64,000 bases of DNA from Methanothrix sp. (GCA_041305465.1 JBFYLJ010000214.1:45-64044); one strand, 5' to 3'; positions 38,446 to 48,269 are shown, counted from the first letter of the stretch. Translations and numbers: made by a program. The notes: generated from the sequence alone by a model not told the origin.

Positions 38446-39648
38446 TTGTCGATAGAGATCCCTCTGCTAAAGAATTTCATGGTTCATTCCTCATTCAAAA
38501 CACAAGATAGGACCGAAACAGGAAAGCTGGATTATATTGATGCTTTGAGGGGAATCGCTGCGCTTAGCGTTTTCTTCTATCACGTATATGGAACAGTAGG
38601 CTCACTCACTAATTGGGCATATCCTATTCAGATCATCCCTGAGAGGCTTGTAAGTTTGACTCTAGCAGGTATTCCTCTATTTTTTATCATCAGCGCTTTC
38701 ACATTATACTTATCTCTTGCAAAAAAATCAGGCGAGAAACGAAAGTTCCTCAAATTTTATCTTCGCAGATTCTTCAGAATAGCCCCTCTCTTCTATGTCT
38801 TACTGATCTTTGTGGTGCTCGATTGTCTCATAACGCAAAAAGGGCTTCCCTCTTGGCTTGATGTCCTGGCTAACTTCAGCTTCACCTTCAATCTCTTCCC
38901 ACAATATTGCATCAGCCTATTTCACGGCGGCTGGACAATAGGTGTTGAGATGCTCTTTTACCTAGTTTTGCCGTTAATATTTATGAGTGTAACCAATATG
39001 TTGCGCTCTATTCTCCTATTTATCGGCATATACATCCTCTCCAAGGGAATTACGCCGTTGTTGGGCACCATTATCGGAGAGGATGTAATGAGGTCAACCA
39101 ACTATTATTATTACAATTTTTTCCATTGGGCATATATTTTACCAGTGGGTGTCATTTGTTATCAGATTTATAAATCATATTTGCCTAAAATTAGAAGTGA
39201 ATACAGGGCAGCTGCCGCCTTTTGTATGCTTCTTCTGTCTTTAATTATATTATTCATATTTATTGGTAATGCACCTCTATCTGAGAAATTGTACTATCTG
39301 TATGTGCCTCTGGCAGGATTTACCATATTGCTGACAATGAGTCCAATAGCTATCGTTTTGTTGGTACTCTCTCTTTCCTTGACACCCAACCGGTTCATCG
39401 TGAATAGATTCACTCGATTCTTTGGAGCTATCAGCTACAGCTTATATCTTATTCATCCTTTTGTGATCGATCCATTAAAACCGGCTTATCTTTATATCTA
39501 TGATCATACTTTTTATTCAACGGACCTCAATTTATTATTATGTATAATCTTCACTCTACTAATTGTGACCCCTATCTCATTGCTGACATACCATTTAATT
39601 GAGACTCCGGGAATCAGAATGGGAAAGAAGGTCATGGCGAAGTTCTGA
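38446..39648 (+). CDS. Acyltransferase 3 (OafA-like) membrane O-acyltransferase
   Basis: IDALRGIAAL.V..YH, FFIISAF, FYLRRFFRIAPL, WTIGVEM.FY, G.ISYSLYL.H, IE.P. Confidence 0.9.
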   Translation: MSIEIPLLKNFMVHSSFKTQDRTETGKLDYIDALRGIAALSVFFYHVYGTVGSLTNWAYPIQIIPERLVSLTLAGIPLFFIISAFTLYLSLAKKSGEKRKFLKFYLRRFFRIAPLFYVLLIFVVLDCLITQKGLPSWLDVLANFSFTFNLFPQYCISLFHGGWTIGVEMLFYLVLPLIFMSVTNMLRSILLFIGIYILSKGITPLLGTIIGEDVMRSTNYYYYNFFHWAYILPVGVICYQIYKSYLPKIRSEYRAAAAFCMLLLSLIILFIFIGNAPLSEKLYYLYVPLAGFTILLTMSPIAIVLLVLSLSLTPNRFIVNRFTRFFGAISYSLYLIHPFVIDPLKPAYLYIYDHTFYSTDLNLLLCIIFTLLIVTPISLLTYHLIETPGIRMGKKVMAKF

Positions 39649-39723
39649 TACAGGATTCAATGCAATCCTATGGCATCTCACAAAGCATTTTATATGTTAT
39701 CTCGGTTTATTAACTCCTGATTA

Positions 39724-40965
39724 TTGAAGGAATGCAAGATGCCCGATATTATCCCCTCGCCAGATGCCAATTACCTCATGGATCTGCTAAAGAGAATCAT
39801 CAGTTTTAAGACCGTAGCCCCTCCGGGCAGCAATTATGAGGAGATCGTTGACTGGCTAGTCCCGATATTTCAGGAGATGGGCTTTGCCACGCAAAAGATG
39901 GTTATGCCAGAGGAGGTTTTTGAGGCAAAATGCAGTGACCGACGATTAGTTGGCGATCGCTACAACCTTCGCGCCGACTTTTCCGCCGGAGCGGAGAAGA
40001 CGCTGGTGATCTATGCCCATCTGGATGTGGTGCCGGCAGAAGGTGTTTGGGATAGCGATCCTTTCCAGGCTGTGGTAAAGAGCGCAAGAGTCTACGGCCG
40101 GGGCGTCTCCGACTGCAAGGGATCGATTGCCGCATTAATTGCTGCCTTGAAAGCGCTCCTGGAGTGCGGCAAGCCCAAGTACAATCTCTTAATTCTTTTA
40201 ACCACTGACGAAGAGGTAGGCGGCTACTCCGGCCTGTGTTATCTCACCGATTTGGGATTGGTTAAAGGGGATCTGATGCTCTGCATGGATGGCTTCTCTG
40301 ATGATGTGGTGATAGGCAGCAACGGCATCATACACTGGGATGTGGTAGTGCATGGCAAATCAGTGCACAGTGGCTCCAGTTTCCTGGGGATGAATGCCGT
40401 GGAAAGGTCCATACCCATCATGGACGCGCTCATGGATCTCAAGAAGGTGGTACAGGCCAGAAGATCTCTTCTGCCTGCCAGCTCAGCCCTGGAAGCCGTT
40501 GGAAAGAAGAACCTCATTCCCATCCTCAATATTACTATGATAAATGGGGGCATCAAGGAGAACATTGTGCCGGATCGGTGCAATCTGCGCGGCGACCGAC
40601 GGGTGATACCGGAAGAGAGCATGGACGAGGCCATGGCTGAGATCGAGAGGGCCCTGAAACCGCTGGATATCGACTTTGATATCAAGTTTTATCCGGGATA
40701 TCCGCCTATGAGCGTCAACCCGGATCACCCCTGGGTCTTGGAGGTGAGGGAGGCGGTTCAAAGAGGCATGGGCTTTTTCCCTCGACTCTCCGGGGCGCAG
40801 GGCAGCCTTGATCAGGCCTATGCTACAGAGAAGACCGGCATTCCTACCTGTGTCTTTGGGGTGGGTCGGCAGCTGGAGAGCAATATCCACGGCCTGAACG
40901 AGAATGTGCGCGTAGCCGACCTGAATGGATTCGCAAGATTCTTGATCGAACTCCTGCGAGCCTGA
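39724..40965 (+). CDS. ArgE/DapE family (M20) metallo-deacylase
   Basis: AHLDVVP, GRG.SD.KG, DEE.GG, G.S.H, N.HG.NE. Confidence 0.9.
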   Translation: MKECKMPDIIPSPDANYLMDLLKRIISFKTVAPPGSNYEEIVDWLVPIFQEMGFATQKMVMPEEVFEAKCSDRRLVGDRYNLRADFSAGAEKTLVIYAHLDVVPAEGVWDSDPFQAVVKSARVYGRGVSDCKGSIAALIAALKALLECGKPKYNLLILLTTDEEVGGYSGLCYLTDLGLVKGDLMLCMDGFSDDVVIGSNGIIHWDVVVHGKSVHSGSSFLGMNAVERSIPIMDALMDLKKVVQARRSLLPASSALEAVGKKNLIPILNITMINGGIKENIVPDRCNLRGDRRVIPEESMDEAMAEIERALKPLDIDFDIKFYPGYPPMSVNPDHPWVLEVREAVQRGMGFFPRLSGAQGSLDQAYATEKTGIPTCVFGVGRQLESNIHGLNENVRVADLNGFARFLIELLRA

Positions 40966-40968
40966 AGT

Positions 40969-41403
40969 ATGAAGGTAATATCCGTAGCAGGAACTAAGAA
41001 GACAGGAAAGACCACGTTGGCCTGCGCCCTGGTTGCGTCGCTGGCAAAACACGGCAAGGTGGGCACGATCAAGAACATGGCCGGTCACGATGTGGACCGG
41101 GGCGACACCAAGCGCCACTATGATGCCGGAGCGGACGAGGTCATCGGCCTCGGCAATGCGCGCCTCAAGGTGACGCGGGGGCGTGGGGATCTTGATTCTG
41201 CCCTGGCTGAACTGGAGAGGGATGGGATGGACTACGTTGTGGTGGAGGGCTTCAAGCACAGCAGTCTTCCCAAGATCGTCATGGCTGACATTGAGGTGAC
41301 AAATGTTGTACGAAGAGTGAGGCTCGCGCAGGTAGATGAAGCGCTGGTGGAGGAACTGGCGGAGACTGTAAGGGGGATGAAGGATTATAAGGCAAAGGCT
41401 TAA
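40969..41403 (+). CDS. mobB: Molybdopterin-guanine dinucleotide biosynthesis protein B
   Basis: G.KKTGKTTL, DT.RH..AGA, VVEGFK. Confidence 0.88.
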   Translation: MKVISVAGTKKTGKTTLACALVASLAKHGKVGTIKNMAGHDVDRGDTKRHYDAGADEVIGLGNARLKVTRGRGDLDSALAELERDGMDYVVVEGFKHSSLPKIVMADIEVTNVVRRVRLAQVDEALVEELAETVRGMKDYKAKA

Positions 41404-41561
41404 GAAAAATTGTTCTGTGCCTAGGAACACTCTAAAATATTGAAATATCCAATCCGTGAGCATCCGATCGACATCGCGAGCGGTGGAGAGACCCTACGCC
41501 CCAATAATGCCAAGAACCAAGCCAAGCCCCTGCCCGGCCCGCTGGAAATCAATTGACATTC

Positions 41562-41876
41562 TCATTTACCGAAGCTCTCCCTGGCCAGCTCTCTCAGCCT
41601 CTCCAGAATATCCCTGGCCCGCTTTACACTGTCGCATTGAGAGAGATCTTTGGGATTGCAGGAGGCCAGGAGATCCATGGCTCTGTCCGCCATCCGAGAC
41701 AGGCCTGCGTCTTCCAGCATTTCCAGCAGCAAGGCTGCGCGTCTGTTGAACTCCCGGCACTCTGAGGACTGCGTGATCCTCTCGTGCATCATAGAGAGCG
41801 CCTCGATCTCCCGCAAGATTTCTCTCGCTTTTTTCTCGTCCCTGGCCATTACCAGTAAAAAAGGATATTGAAGCAT
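41562..41876 (-). CDS. Hypothetical helical protein
   Basis: Amphipathic charged ORF; probable start MARDEKK. Confidence 0.5.
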   Translation of the reverse strand: MLQYPFLLVMARDEKKAREILREIEALSMMHERITQSSECREFNRRAALLLEMLEDAGLSRMADRAMDLLASCNPKDLSQCDSVKRARDILERLRELARESFGK

Positions 41877-41956
41877 TTCAAGGTTATTGCCTCCAAAAAA
41901 TTACCTAAAATCCCAGACAGAGAAGCAATCAAAATGCTGATCTATTATGATGATAA

Positions 41957-42427
41957 TTGAGACAGAAGATAGCTTCAACCTCAAGAGATCGGGAAAAGAA
42001 GAAGGTCCTCTTTCTCTGCACCCACAACTCTGCTCGCTCCCAGGTGGCGGGGGGCCTCTTGCGGGCCATGTATCCGGATAAATACGATGCCTACAGCGCC
42101 GGAGTTATCGCCACCTCAGTCGATTCGCGCTCCGTGCGGGCGATGGCGGAAATCGGCATCGATATCTCCGCTCAGCGATCCAAAACCGCCCAGGAATTTC
42201 AGGGCACGATTTTCGACCTGGCGGTGACGGTCTGCGACAGGGCCAAACAGGCCTGCCCGATATGCAGCACACAGCTGCATCTGCCCGGCAAATCTCCTCG
42301 AGCAAGAGAGGTCATCCACAGAAGCTTTACGGACCCTGCCGCAGCCGCAGGCTCTGAGGAGGAGCAGTCTGAGGCCTTCCGGCAGGTTAGGGACGAGATA
42401 AGAGACTGGATCGCCCAGACTTTTTGA
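41957..42427 (+). CDS. arsC: Arsenate reductase (LMW-PTP fold)
   Basis: VLFLCTHNSARSQ, TVCD.A..ACP, F.DPA, FRQVRDEI. Confidence 0.88.
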   Translation: MRQKIASTSRDREKKKVLFLCTHNSARSQVAGGLLRAMYPDKYDAYSAGVIATSVDSRSVRAMAEIGIDISAQRSKTAQEFQGTIFDLAVTVCDRAKQACPICSTQLHLPGKSPRAREVIHRSFTDPAAAAGSEEEQSEAFRQVRDEIRDWIAQTF

Positions 42428-42482
42428 AATCAGAAATGATCAGTCATAATAAAATGGTGGGTGACTCAGGGATATCTTAACC

Positions 42483-43832
42483 CTAAGCCAACACCTCTAT
42501 CTCCAAGACATTTACAAAGGTCTCGGCGTTCCCGGAAGCAGTGGCAACCAGGCTCACCTTGTAAATTCCGGGCGGCACATTGGCACTCCAGATGCCCACA
42601 TATTTACCTGCCGAGGTTTGCAGCATGCTCGTCCTTGTCACCTCGGAGCCGTCGGGCGCATTTATGATAGCGCTGCAGCGTAGCGTTCTGTCCACTTTCT
42701 GTACGTTGGCCTCATTGCTGTTCGTGGCAGGAGTTGTCTTTCCAGTAGAGCCAATTTGAACATAGCCGTCCTTGCGGTCCAGGTTGGCAAAGCCCTGTGG
42801 TGATCCAAATCCGCATGTTGCACATCCTTTCACAGTGAGCTTGACCTCTTCATTTGATGAATTCAAGGACGAATTCAATGATGAACTCTCCGTGGACTTC
42901 GATTGCAGCTCCCCGAAGGATGCCGTTATGCTCGTAGCTTGCCCGGACCTCACTGGATTGGGCTTTGCCTCCACTTTAATCAGCTCGAAACCGAATTTAG
43001 GCTGATTTTCCAGCCAGTCACGCCAGGAGTAGAGCCTCGCATCATAGCCGGTGAGATTCAGCGCCAGCCAGACAATAGATGCTTCAACGCCCACGTTGGT
43101 GTAGACCACAACAGGCCGATTCTTATCCAGCTTTGCAAAGACCTTTTGCAGATCCTCATCCGGCTTGATGCTCTCATTTATCAGTACATTCTCGTAAGGA
43201 ATGTTGACGGCTCCGGGAATAAAGCCAATGTCATAGTCCCTGGCAGGCCTTGCATCCACGATCTGGGCTTTGCCATTAACCACGAATTCATAGGTGGCGA
43301 GAAGCTTGGGCACAATGTGGGGTGAGTATTCCGTTTCCTGTCTTGTGGAAGACGCATTGCTGATGTTTAGCCCGGCTGCTGCCCAGTCATCCATGTTGCC
43401 GTTTAGAACTCTTACTCTTTCATGCCCCAGATACTTGAGCAGCCAGTAAGAGAAGATCGCCGGCGATGGCCCGCCACCGCAGGGCAAACACTCGCCTGCA
43501 ACAACCAGCGAATCGTTGCTTGATAGGCCCGCTTTGCCTAGAAGCGCGGCAATTTCCTTTGCGGACTTGATCTGACCGCCTTCGCCCATAAAATCCTCAT
43601 AGTCTATATTGACTGCTCCTTGCATGAATCTGGTCGCATCGGGGCTGATGTCCAGCACAATATCATCTGGCAAGAGATCTGCGGGCGACACAAACGCCTT
43701 CCCAAGACTATCCGTCTCCGTGCCTGCCAGTGCGGGCGAGCTTAGTGCCAGGCACAATAAAAGGATAGAGGCAATCCCGTAAATGAGGATCGTCTTTCCT
43801 ATGGCTGAGAATTTCTTATATTCGAAATTCAT
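42483..43832 (-). CDS. Exported tandem rhodanese-like protein with C-terminal Ig-like domain
   Basis: Signal peptide; two rhodanese domains (VLNG..DDW, IVDAR...Y..G.IPGAVNIP); active-loop Cys replaced (VVYTNVG). Confidence 0.8.
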   Translation of the reverse strand: MNFEYKKFSAIGKTILIYGIASILLLCLALSSPALAGTETDSLGKAFVSPADLLPDDIVLDISPDATRFMQGAVNIDYEDFMGEGGQIKSAKEIAALLGKAGLSSNDSLVVAGECLPCGGGPSPAIFSYWLLKYLGHERVRVLNGNMDDWAAAGLNISNASSTRQETEYSPHIVPKLLATYEFVVNGKAQIVDARPARDYDIGFIPGAVNIPYENVLINESIKPDEDLQKVFAKLDKNRPVVVYTNVGVEASIVWLALNLTGYDARLYSWRDWLENQPKFGFELIKVEAKPNPVRSGQATSITASFGELQSKSTESSSLNSSLNSSNEEVKLTVKGCATCGFGSPQGFANLDRKDGYVQIGSTGKTTPATNSNEANVQKVDRTLRCSAIINAPDGSEVTRTSMLQTSAGKYVGIWSANVPPGIYKVSLVATASGNAETFVNVLEIEVLA

Positions 43833-43849
43833 ATCGTTTCACCAGATAT

Positions 43850-44230
43850 CTAGACTGCCAGCTCTTCTTTCACCTTTTCCACAACTATGGAGCAGGCCTT
43901 TTCATCGACAGAAATATTATGAGACTTCTCAATGCCAAGCTCAGTTACAATTACCTGAATGGCCGGTTCAATCTCGGCATGCTGCAATGTCTTTGCGGCA
44001 CACTGTAACGGACAGCCGTCTATGGCTATCATCAGACCCGCTTCTTTTGCCGCTTTGACCATTCCAGGAATATGGCCGCCCACTCCTGCCAGACAGAAGA
44101 ATTCTGCCACTTTCTCTTTAGCAAGCATTATTGCCGCCTGATTTGCGATCTGTCCCACATTTGAGGCTCCCGAGCAGGTCACAACGCTCACATCAGAGCA
44201 GCCACACATACATTTCTTCTTCTCTTCCAT
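43850..44230 (-). CDS. DGC-domain putative zinc-binding protein
   Basis: CSGASNVGQ.AN, CLAG, AIDGCPL.CA; start at MEEKKKCMC. Confidence 0.88.
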   Translation of the reverse strand: MEEKKKCMCGCSDVSVVTCSGASNVGQIANQAAIMLAKEKVAEFFCLAGVGGHIPGMVKAAKEAGLMIAIDGCPLQCAAKTLQHAEIEPAIQVIVTELGIEKSHNISVDEKACSIVVEKVKEELAV

Positions 44231-44241
44231 GAATTGTCTTC

Positions 44242-44478
44242 CTATTTTGTGAGCATTCTCTTGATCTCTTCTACGGTGGCGGTCCTGCCCATCATCACGG
44301 ACTTGCCGTCTATATAGAGGGCAGGGGTCATCATCACTCCTCGGTCCATAATCTCCTGGATGCTGTCCACCTTGATCACTTCTGCCGAGATGCCGGATTC
44401 TGCAACTGCTTTCTCCACGTTCTTGAGCAGGCTCTTGCACTTTGCGCAGCCTGTTCCCAGGACTTCAATCTTCACCAT
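44242..44478 (-). CDS. MTH895/ArsE-type thioredoxin-like protein
   Basis: IEVLGTGCAKC, GVMMTPAL.IDG. Confidence 0.92.
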   Translation of the reverse strand: MVKIEVLGTGCAKCKSLLKNVEKAVAESGISAEVIKVDSIQEIMDRGVMMTPALYIDGKSVMMGRTATVEEIKRMLTK

Positions 44479-44515
44479 TTTATCATCACCCGGATTTCAT
44501 CAATTTATGCTGAAT

Positions 44516-45595
44516 TTACGCTATCGCTCCGTAGATCATACCTGAGAGCGTCGATATCAGAACAACCAGAACAATATATACACCGGCTTTCTTCAGGCCC
44601 ATGACCCTTGTGATTACTATCATGCTGGGCAGGCTTAAAGATGGTCCTGCCAACAGCAGCGATAGCGCTGGGCCCGCTGCGGTAACGCCGGTACTGTAGC
44701 CGAAGAGCGTTCCGACAATGGGAACTTCCAGTAAGGTAGGCATGTAGAGCAGAGACCCGATAACTGAGGCCAAAAGGCAGGCGAAAAAGCTGCTTGTGCC
44801 GAAGATGGTTCTCACCCACTCCACTGGCAAGAAGTAGCCGATTATGCCGGTGATAAATGTGCCCACTACCAGCAGAGGAAAGATCTTCCTGGTCAGCCAC
44901 CATGTTTCTGTGAGGAATGCCTCCCGCTCCTCTGGCAGGTAGTAGGTTTTCATGAGGAAAGCGGCTGTTAGTGCCAGTGCTCCCACAATTATTGCTTTGG
45001 GCAGCAATTCGAAGAGGCTGGAGGTGGCTACCAGCAATATGGCAACCAGGACGGCCATGAATAAGCCTGTAGTATAGCTGGGACGACTCTTTCCCTCAAC
45101 GTCGGAATTGACCTGGAAAGCTGATTCAGGCAAAGATTCACACTTTTTATCAGATTTCTGGAATATGGCCGCCATGATCAAGCCGATGACTACAGCCATG
45201 CTCACAGCCGCCACTGCCCTGGCTATGCCTAGATCAAGGCCAAGAACCCGCGCTGTGAGGATGATTGCCAGAAGGTTAATTGCCGGACCCGAGAAGAGGA
45301 ATGCCGTAGCCGGACCGATTCCAGCACCTCTCTTTTGGATTCCTGCAAACATGGGCAGGATTGTACAGCTGCATACGGCCAGAATCGTGCCGGAAGTGGC
45401 AGCCACGCTGTAGCAGAGCCATTTGGGGGAATCCGCCCCGAAATATTTGAGCACAGTCTCCTTGTGAAGCAGTGCGGCTATGGCTCCGGCGATAAAAAAT
45501 GCTGGTATAAGGCAGGTTAAGACGTGTGCTGATAAGTATTCCAGCAATGTTGTGAGTCCTGCTTGCAGGGCTGCTATGATGGTGTAGGTGACCAT
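44516..45595 (-). CDS. ArsP/DUF318 permease
   Basis: HVLTCL.PAFFIAGAI, LAVCSCTILP.F, FL.SGPAIN, LLLAGPSLSLP. Confidence 0.9.
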   Translation of the reverse strand: MVTYTIIAALQAGLTTLLEYLSAHVLTCLIPAFFIAGAIAALLHKETVLKYFGADSPKWLCYSVAATSGTILAVCSCTILPMFAGIQKRGAGIGPATAFLFSGPAINLLAIILTARVLGLDLGIARAVAAVSMAVVIGLIMAAIFQKSDKKCESLPESAFQVNSDVEGKSRPSYTTGLFMAVLVAILLVATSSLFELLPKAIIVGALALTAAFLMKTYYLPEEREAFLTETWWLTRKIFPLLVVGTFITGIIGYFLPVEWVRTIFGTSSFFACLLASVIGSLLYMPTLLEVPIVGTLFGYSTGVTAAGPALSLLLAGPSLSLPSMIVITRVMGLKKAGVYIVLVVLISTLSGMIYGAIA

Positions 45596-45626
45596 ACGAT
45601 CGACTCCTTTTTTCAGCGATTGCCAT

Positions 45627-45977
45627 TTATTGATTGCTGCTAAGCGCAAGCGATTTCTCTAAAATTCTTCCGGCCTCTGCAAGCTGTGATATCTGCATCA
45701 GGGCCAGGGAATCCACCATGCGAATTATTTCGAATACCATTGGGTCTTTTATGCAGTAGATTGTCCTTTTTCCGTCTACCTTGCGCTCCAATATATCTGC
45801 TTCGTAGAGGATATTCAGATGCTTGGATATGGTGGATTGAGACCTTTGAAAAGCAGGGAGTATCTCGCAGACGCACCTCTCGCCTCCCGATAAATATTCC
45901 AGCAGCTCCAGTCGGGTGGGATCGGATAAGGCATTGAGGATCTTAACGCGCAGATTTGAGACGGATTTTGCTGTCAT
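45627..45977 (-). CDS. ArsR/SmtB transcriptional regulator
   Basis: ALSDPTRL, ERCVCE, SQSTISKHL. Confidence 0.9.
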   Translation of the reverse strand: MTAKSVSNLRVKILNALSDPTRLELLEYLSGGERCVCEILPAFQRSQSTISKHLNILYEADILERKVDGKRTIYCIKDPMVFEIIRMVDSLALMQISQLAEAGRILEKSLALSSNQ

Positions 45978-46069
45978 CGAAGGAGTCTGTTTAAGTCTTA
46001 TTGGATATAAACGTATTGCCATAAGACGATGAGTGAATCAATTGATACTGCGTCCTGATAGATGGAAGC

Positions 46070-46744
46070 TTACCGAAGTTTCGGCTTCTCGGTTGAAATT
46101 CTTGCAGATCCAAGTTCAGGAGAAAGAATACCGATCTCATTTTCCAGCGTCACCACCCTATCGCTCTCCACCGGCAGACCGGCAGCCTTCCAGTCATCCA
46201 GGCTTCCATCAAGGAGACTCACATCCTTCTGTCCCAGACAGCGCAGAACCAGAAAGGCAAATTCAGCCTCGCCATAGCTCTCTTTGTCGGTGTAAAGGAC
46301 TACGGAATCATCTATGGAGAGGCCGGCATCTCCCAGGATACCGGCAAGCTCCTCTTCTGTCTTGAGGCTGCCAATGCTGTTAAGAAATTCACTGCTGGGA
46401 ATGTGAATGGCATTCTTGATGTGAGATGTAGAAAAGCTATCTCTGTTGGACACATCGATTACCACATCCGAGCTGGAAACGCTCTTCATAGCCTTGAATA
46501 GCTCACTATTAGGGAAGGATGCCACTCGATCTATCGGCTTTTGTGTGCCGCTGCCTGAATTTCCCGTCGCGCTATCCCCAGCGTTGCTGTGCTGTTCGAA
46601 ATTGCCTGTCTCATCCTCTGAGTTCAGGAAAGCGCTGGGGTCCCAGTTGCCCCCGCTGCAACTGCAGCCTGCGTCCACAACAGAGGCCAGAGACATCAAA
46701 GAAATAAATATAAATCCGATTGTATTGATTTTTATCGTTATCAT
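46070..46744 (-). CDS. Exported single rhodanese-like domain protein (possibly truncated)
   Basis: Signal peptide, GCSCSGG, SHIKNAIHIP, LLDGSL.DWKAAGLP; no catalytic Cys. Confidence 0.7.
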   Translation of the reverse strand: MITIKINTIGFIFISLMSLASVVDAGCSCSGGNWDPSAFLNSEDETGNFEQHSNAGDSATGNSGSGTQKPIDRVASFPNSELFKAMKSVSSSDVVIDVSNRDSFSTSHIKNAIHIPSSEFLNSIGSLKTEEELAGILGDAGLSIDDSVVLYTDKESYGEAEFAFLVLRCLGQKDVSLLDGSLDDWKAAGLPVESDRVVTLENEIGILSPELGSARISTEKPKLR

Positions 46745-46766
46745 TTATTATAGCTACCCCCAGACA

Positions 46767-47165
46767 TCATCCACTTTCATCATCCTTTTTCATCAGCTTA
46801 ACTAAATTGAGCATTTCTATTACAGCGCCTTCGGACAGCCGGTATCGTGACCATCTTCCGTCCTTTCGTTCTTTGATGAGCCCGGCATCCTTGAGAATGG
46901 ATAGGTGGTGAGAAGTGCTGGATTGTGGTCTGTCCACGCCGACCATGATCTCGCAGACGCATAGCTCGCCTTCCCGCAGAAGCGATAGGATCTTGAGGCG
47001 GCATGGATCTGTCATGGACTTGAATATTTCCGCCTCAACTTCGATTTCCTTCTCGTCCAGCTTGCTGGTAATGCAGCGCAGCTTATTGACTTTGCACAGA
47101 GCCTTATCGGCATCTCCAATCAGCCGTGCCATCCTGCCCACAGCCTCTTTTGGTATGCATGACAT
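46767..47165 (-). CDS. ArsR/SmtB transcriptional regulator
   Basis: ELCVCEI (As-binding box), QSSTSHHL; start MSCIPK after GAGGA. Confidence 0.9.
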   Translation of the reverse strand: MSCIPKEAVGRMARLIGDADKALCKVNKLRCITSKLDEKEIEVEAEIFKSMTDPCRLKILSLLREGELCVCEIMVGVDRPQSSTSHHLSILKDAGLIKERKDGRWSRYRLSEGAVIEMLNLVKLMKKDDESG

Positions 47166-47179
47166 GGATTGATCCTCAC

Positions 47180-47332
47180 TTAGCAGCAATCGCAGCATTT
47201 TTTAGAGAGGAGGTTATGTGCTTCTTGCTTCAAACAATCCTCACATATTCTTATTCTTCCTCTTTCTTTGTGACTGACAATGAAGAGGGACTCCACTTCT
47301 TTGCTGCAAATTTCGCATTTCACAGGAATCAT
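47180..47332 (-). CDS. 50-aa Cys-rich microprotein (CxxC...CxxC...CCDCC)
   Basis: MIPVKCEICSKEVESLFIVSHKERGRIRICEDCLKQEAHNLLSKKCCDCC*; AGGTGA RBS at 47342-47347. Confidence 0.75.
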   Translation of the reverse strand: MIPVKCEICSKEVESLFIVSHKERGRIRICEDCLKQEAHNLLSKKCCDCC

Positions 47333-47397
47333 TTTAGCGATTCACCTATTTAGAGCATCTTGAAATCACCCCTAATGGCAGGGCTCTTTGCAAAGTC

Positions 47398-47417
47398 ATA
47401 TCCAGTTATTTCGATAT
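47398..47417. promoter_or_regulatory. Putative ArsR operator 1 overlapping the leftward TATA box
   Basis: ATATC-CAGTTATTTC-GATAT inverted repeat adjoining TTATATA (minus strand). Confidence 0.55.
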
Positions 47418-47628
47418 ATAAGTTTTTTCCAGTCGTAAAGCTAAACTCGATCACGACATCTGCCTTTAATTTAATAAAATATATATGATAATTAAATGCA
47501 CAGAACAAGCGACCCAAAATTAACAGTTGATAACGCAGGATTCTATTTGAAATACACTTGATTCACAGAGATTTGAGCCAATAATTTTTTTAATGTACTG
47601 TTAAATCAGCCAAAAAGTCGAAAGACTT

Positions 47629-47648
47629 ATATCCAATAATGTCGATGC
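47629..47648. promoter_or_regulatory. Putative ArsR operator 2 overlapping the rightward TATA box
   Basis: ATATC-CAATAATGTC-GATGC; 15 of the first 18 nt identical to operator 1. Confidence 0.5.
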
Positions 47649-47705
47649 TATCGGCATTGGGAATGAGTGTGGAATATAAAATAACATCGTGGAGAGCGTA
47701 TTTCA

Positions 47706-48239
47706 ATGGACATATTCATGAAGATATCATCGATGATTGTGATCATCCTTCTGGCATCCGGCATTAACGCCATGGGGGCAATTTCTTATGTGGGATCTGG
47801 AAATGATGACTGGTGGACGGCCTATCCTGATCAGTCCCCGGGCGCTGGCGGCGATGTTAATCATCCGTCCTGGGTTTTGGATGCCCTGAAAGACAAGCCC
47901 GTTCTTATCTATGTTCACAAATCATGCAGTTATTGTACGCCTCAGACCCTGGCTGTGCAAAATATTACAGATGAATTCAATGGCCAGATCACATTTTTCG
48001 AGATAATGGGCGATGGTAGTGATGCAAGGTCCGAGGAAGCACTGCAGGCCTATGATCCAAATGGCGGCGTCATGTATGTGCCAATGACAGTAATTGTAAC
48101 TCTGGCCCCCAATTCCGAAGGCGAAGTCGTCCCGGTCTGGCACAGCACAGAGGAGGTTACGGGCGACGGCTGGGTCAAAAATTATGTGGAGGATGCCATA
48201 GTCCAATATGATGAAAACTCCGTTAACTGGAATCCCTGA
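47706..48239 (+). CDS. Exported thioredoxin-like protein
   Basis: Signal peptide, KPVLIYVH..CSYC, cis-Pro VPM. Confidence 0.75.
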   Translation: MDIFMKISSMIVIILLASGINAMGAISYVGSGNDDWWTAYPDQSPGAGGDVNHPSWVLDALKDKPVLIYVHKSCSYCTPQTLAVQNITDEFNGQITFFEIMGDGSDARSEEALQAYDPNGGVMYVPMTVIVTLAPNSEGEVVPVWHSTEEVTGDGWVKNYVEDAIVQYDENSVNWNP

Positions 48240-48269
48240 TGTTGGACCTTAGATAATGGGATCGTTGCT

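Noticed and set aside
40483-41463. 326-aa antisense ORF
   Set aside because: Shadow of the M20 deacylase and mobB genes.
44231-44440. N-terminal 70 aa of the 196-aa ORF 43850-44440
   Set aside because: It overlaps the thioredoxin gene in another frame; the real DGC protein starts at 44230.
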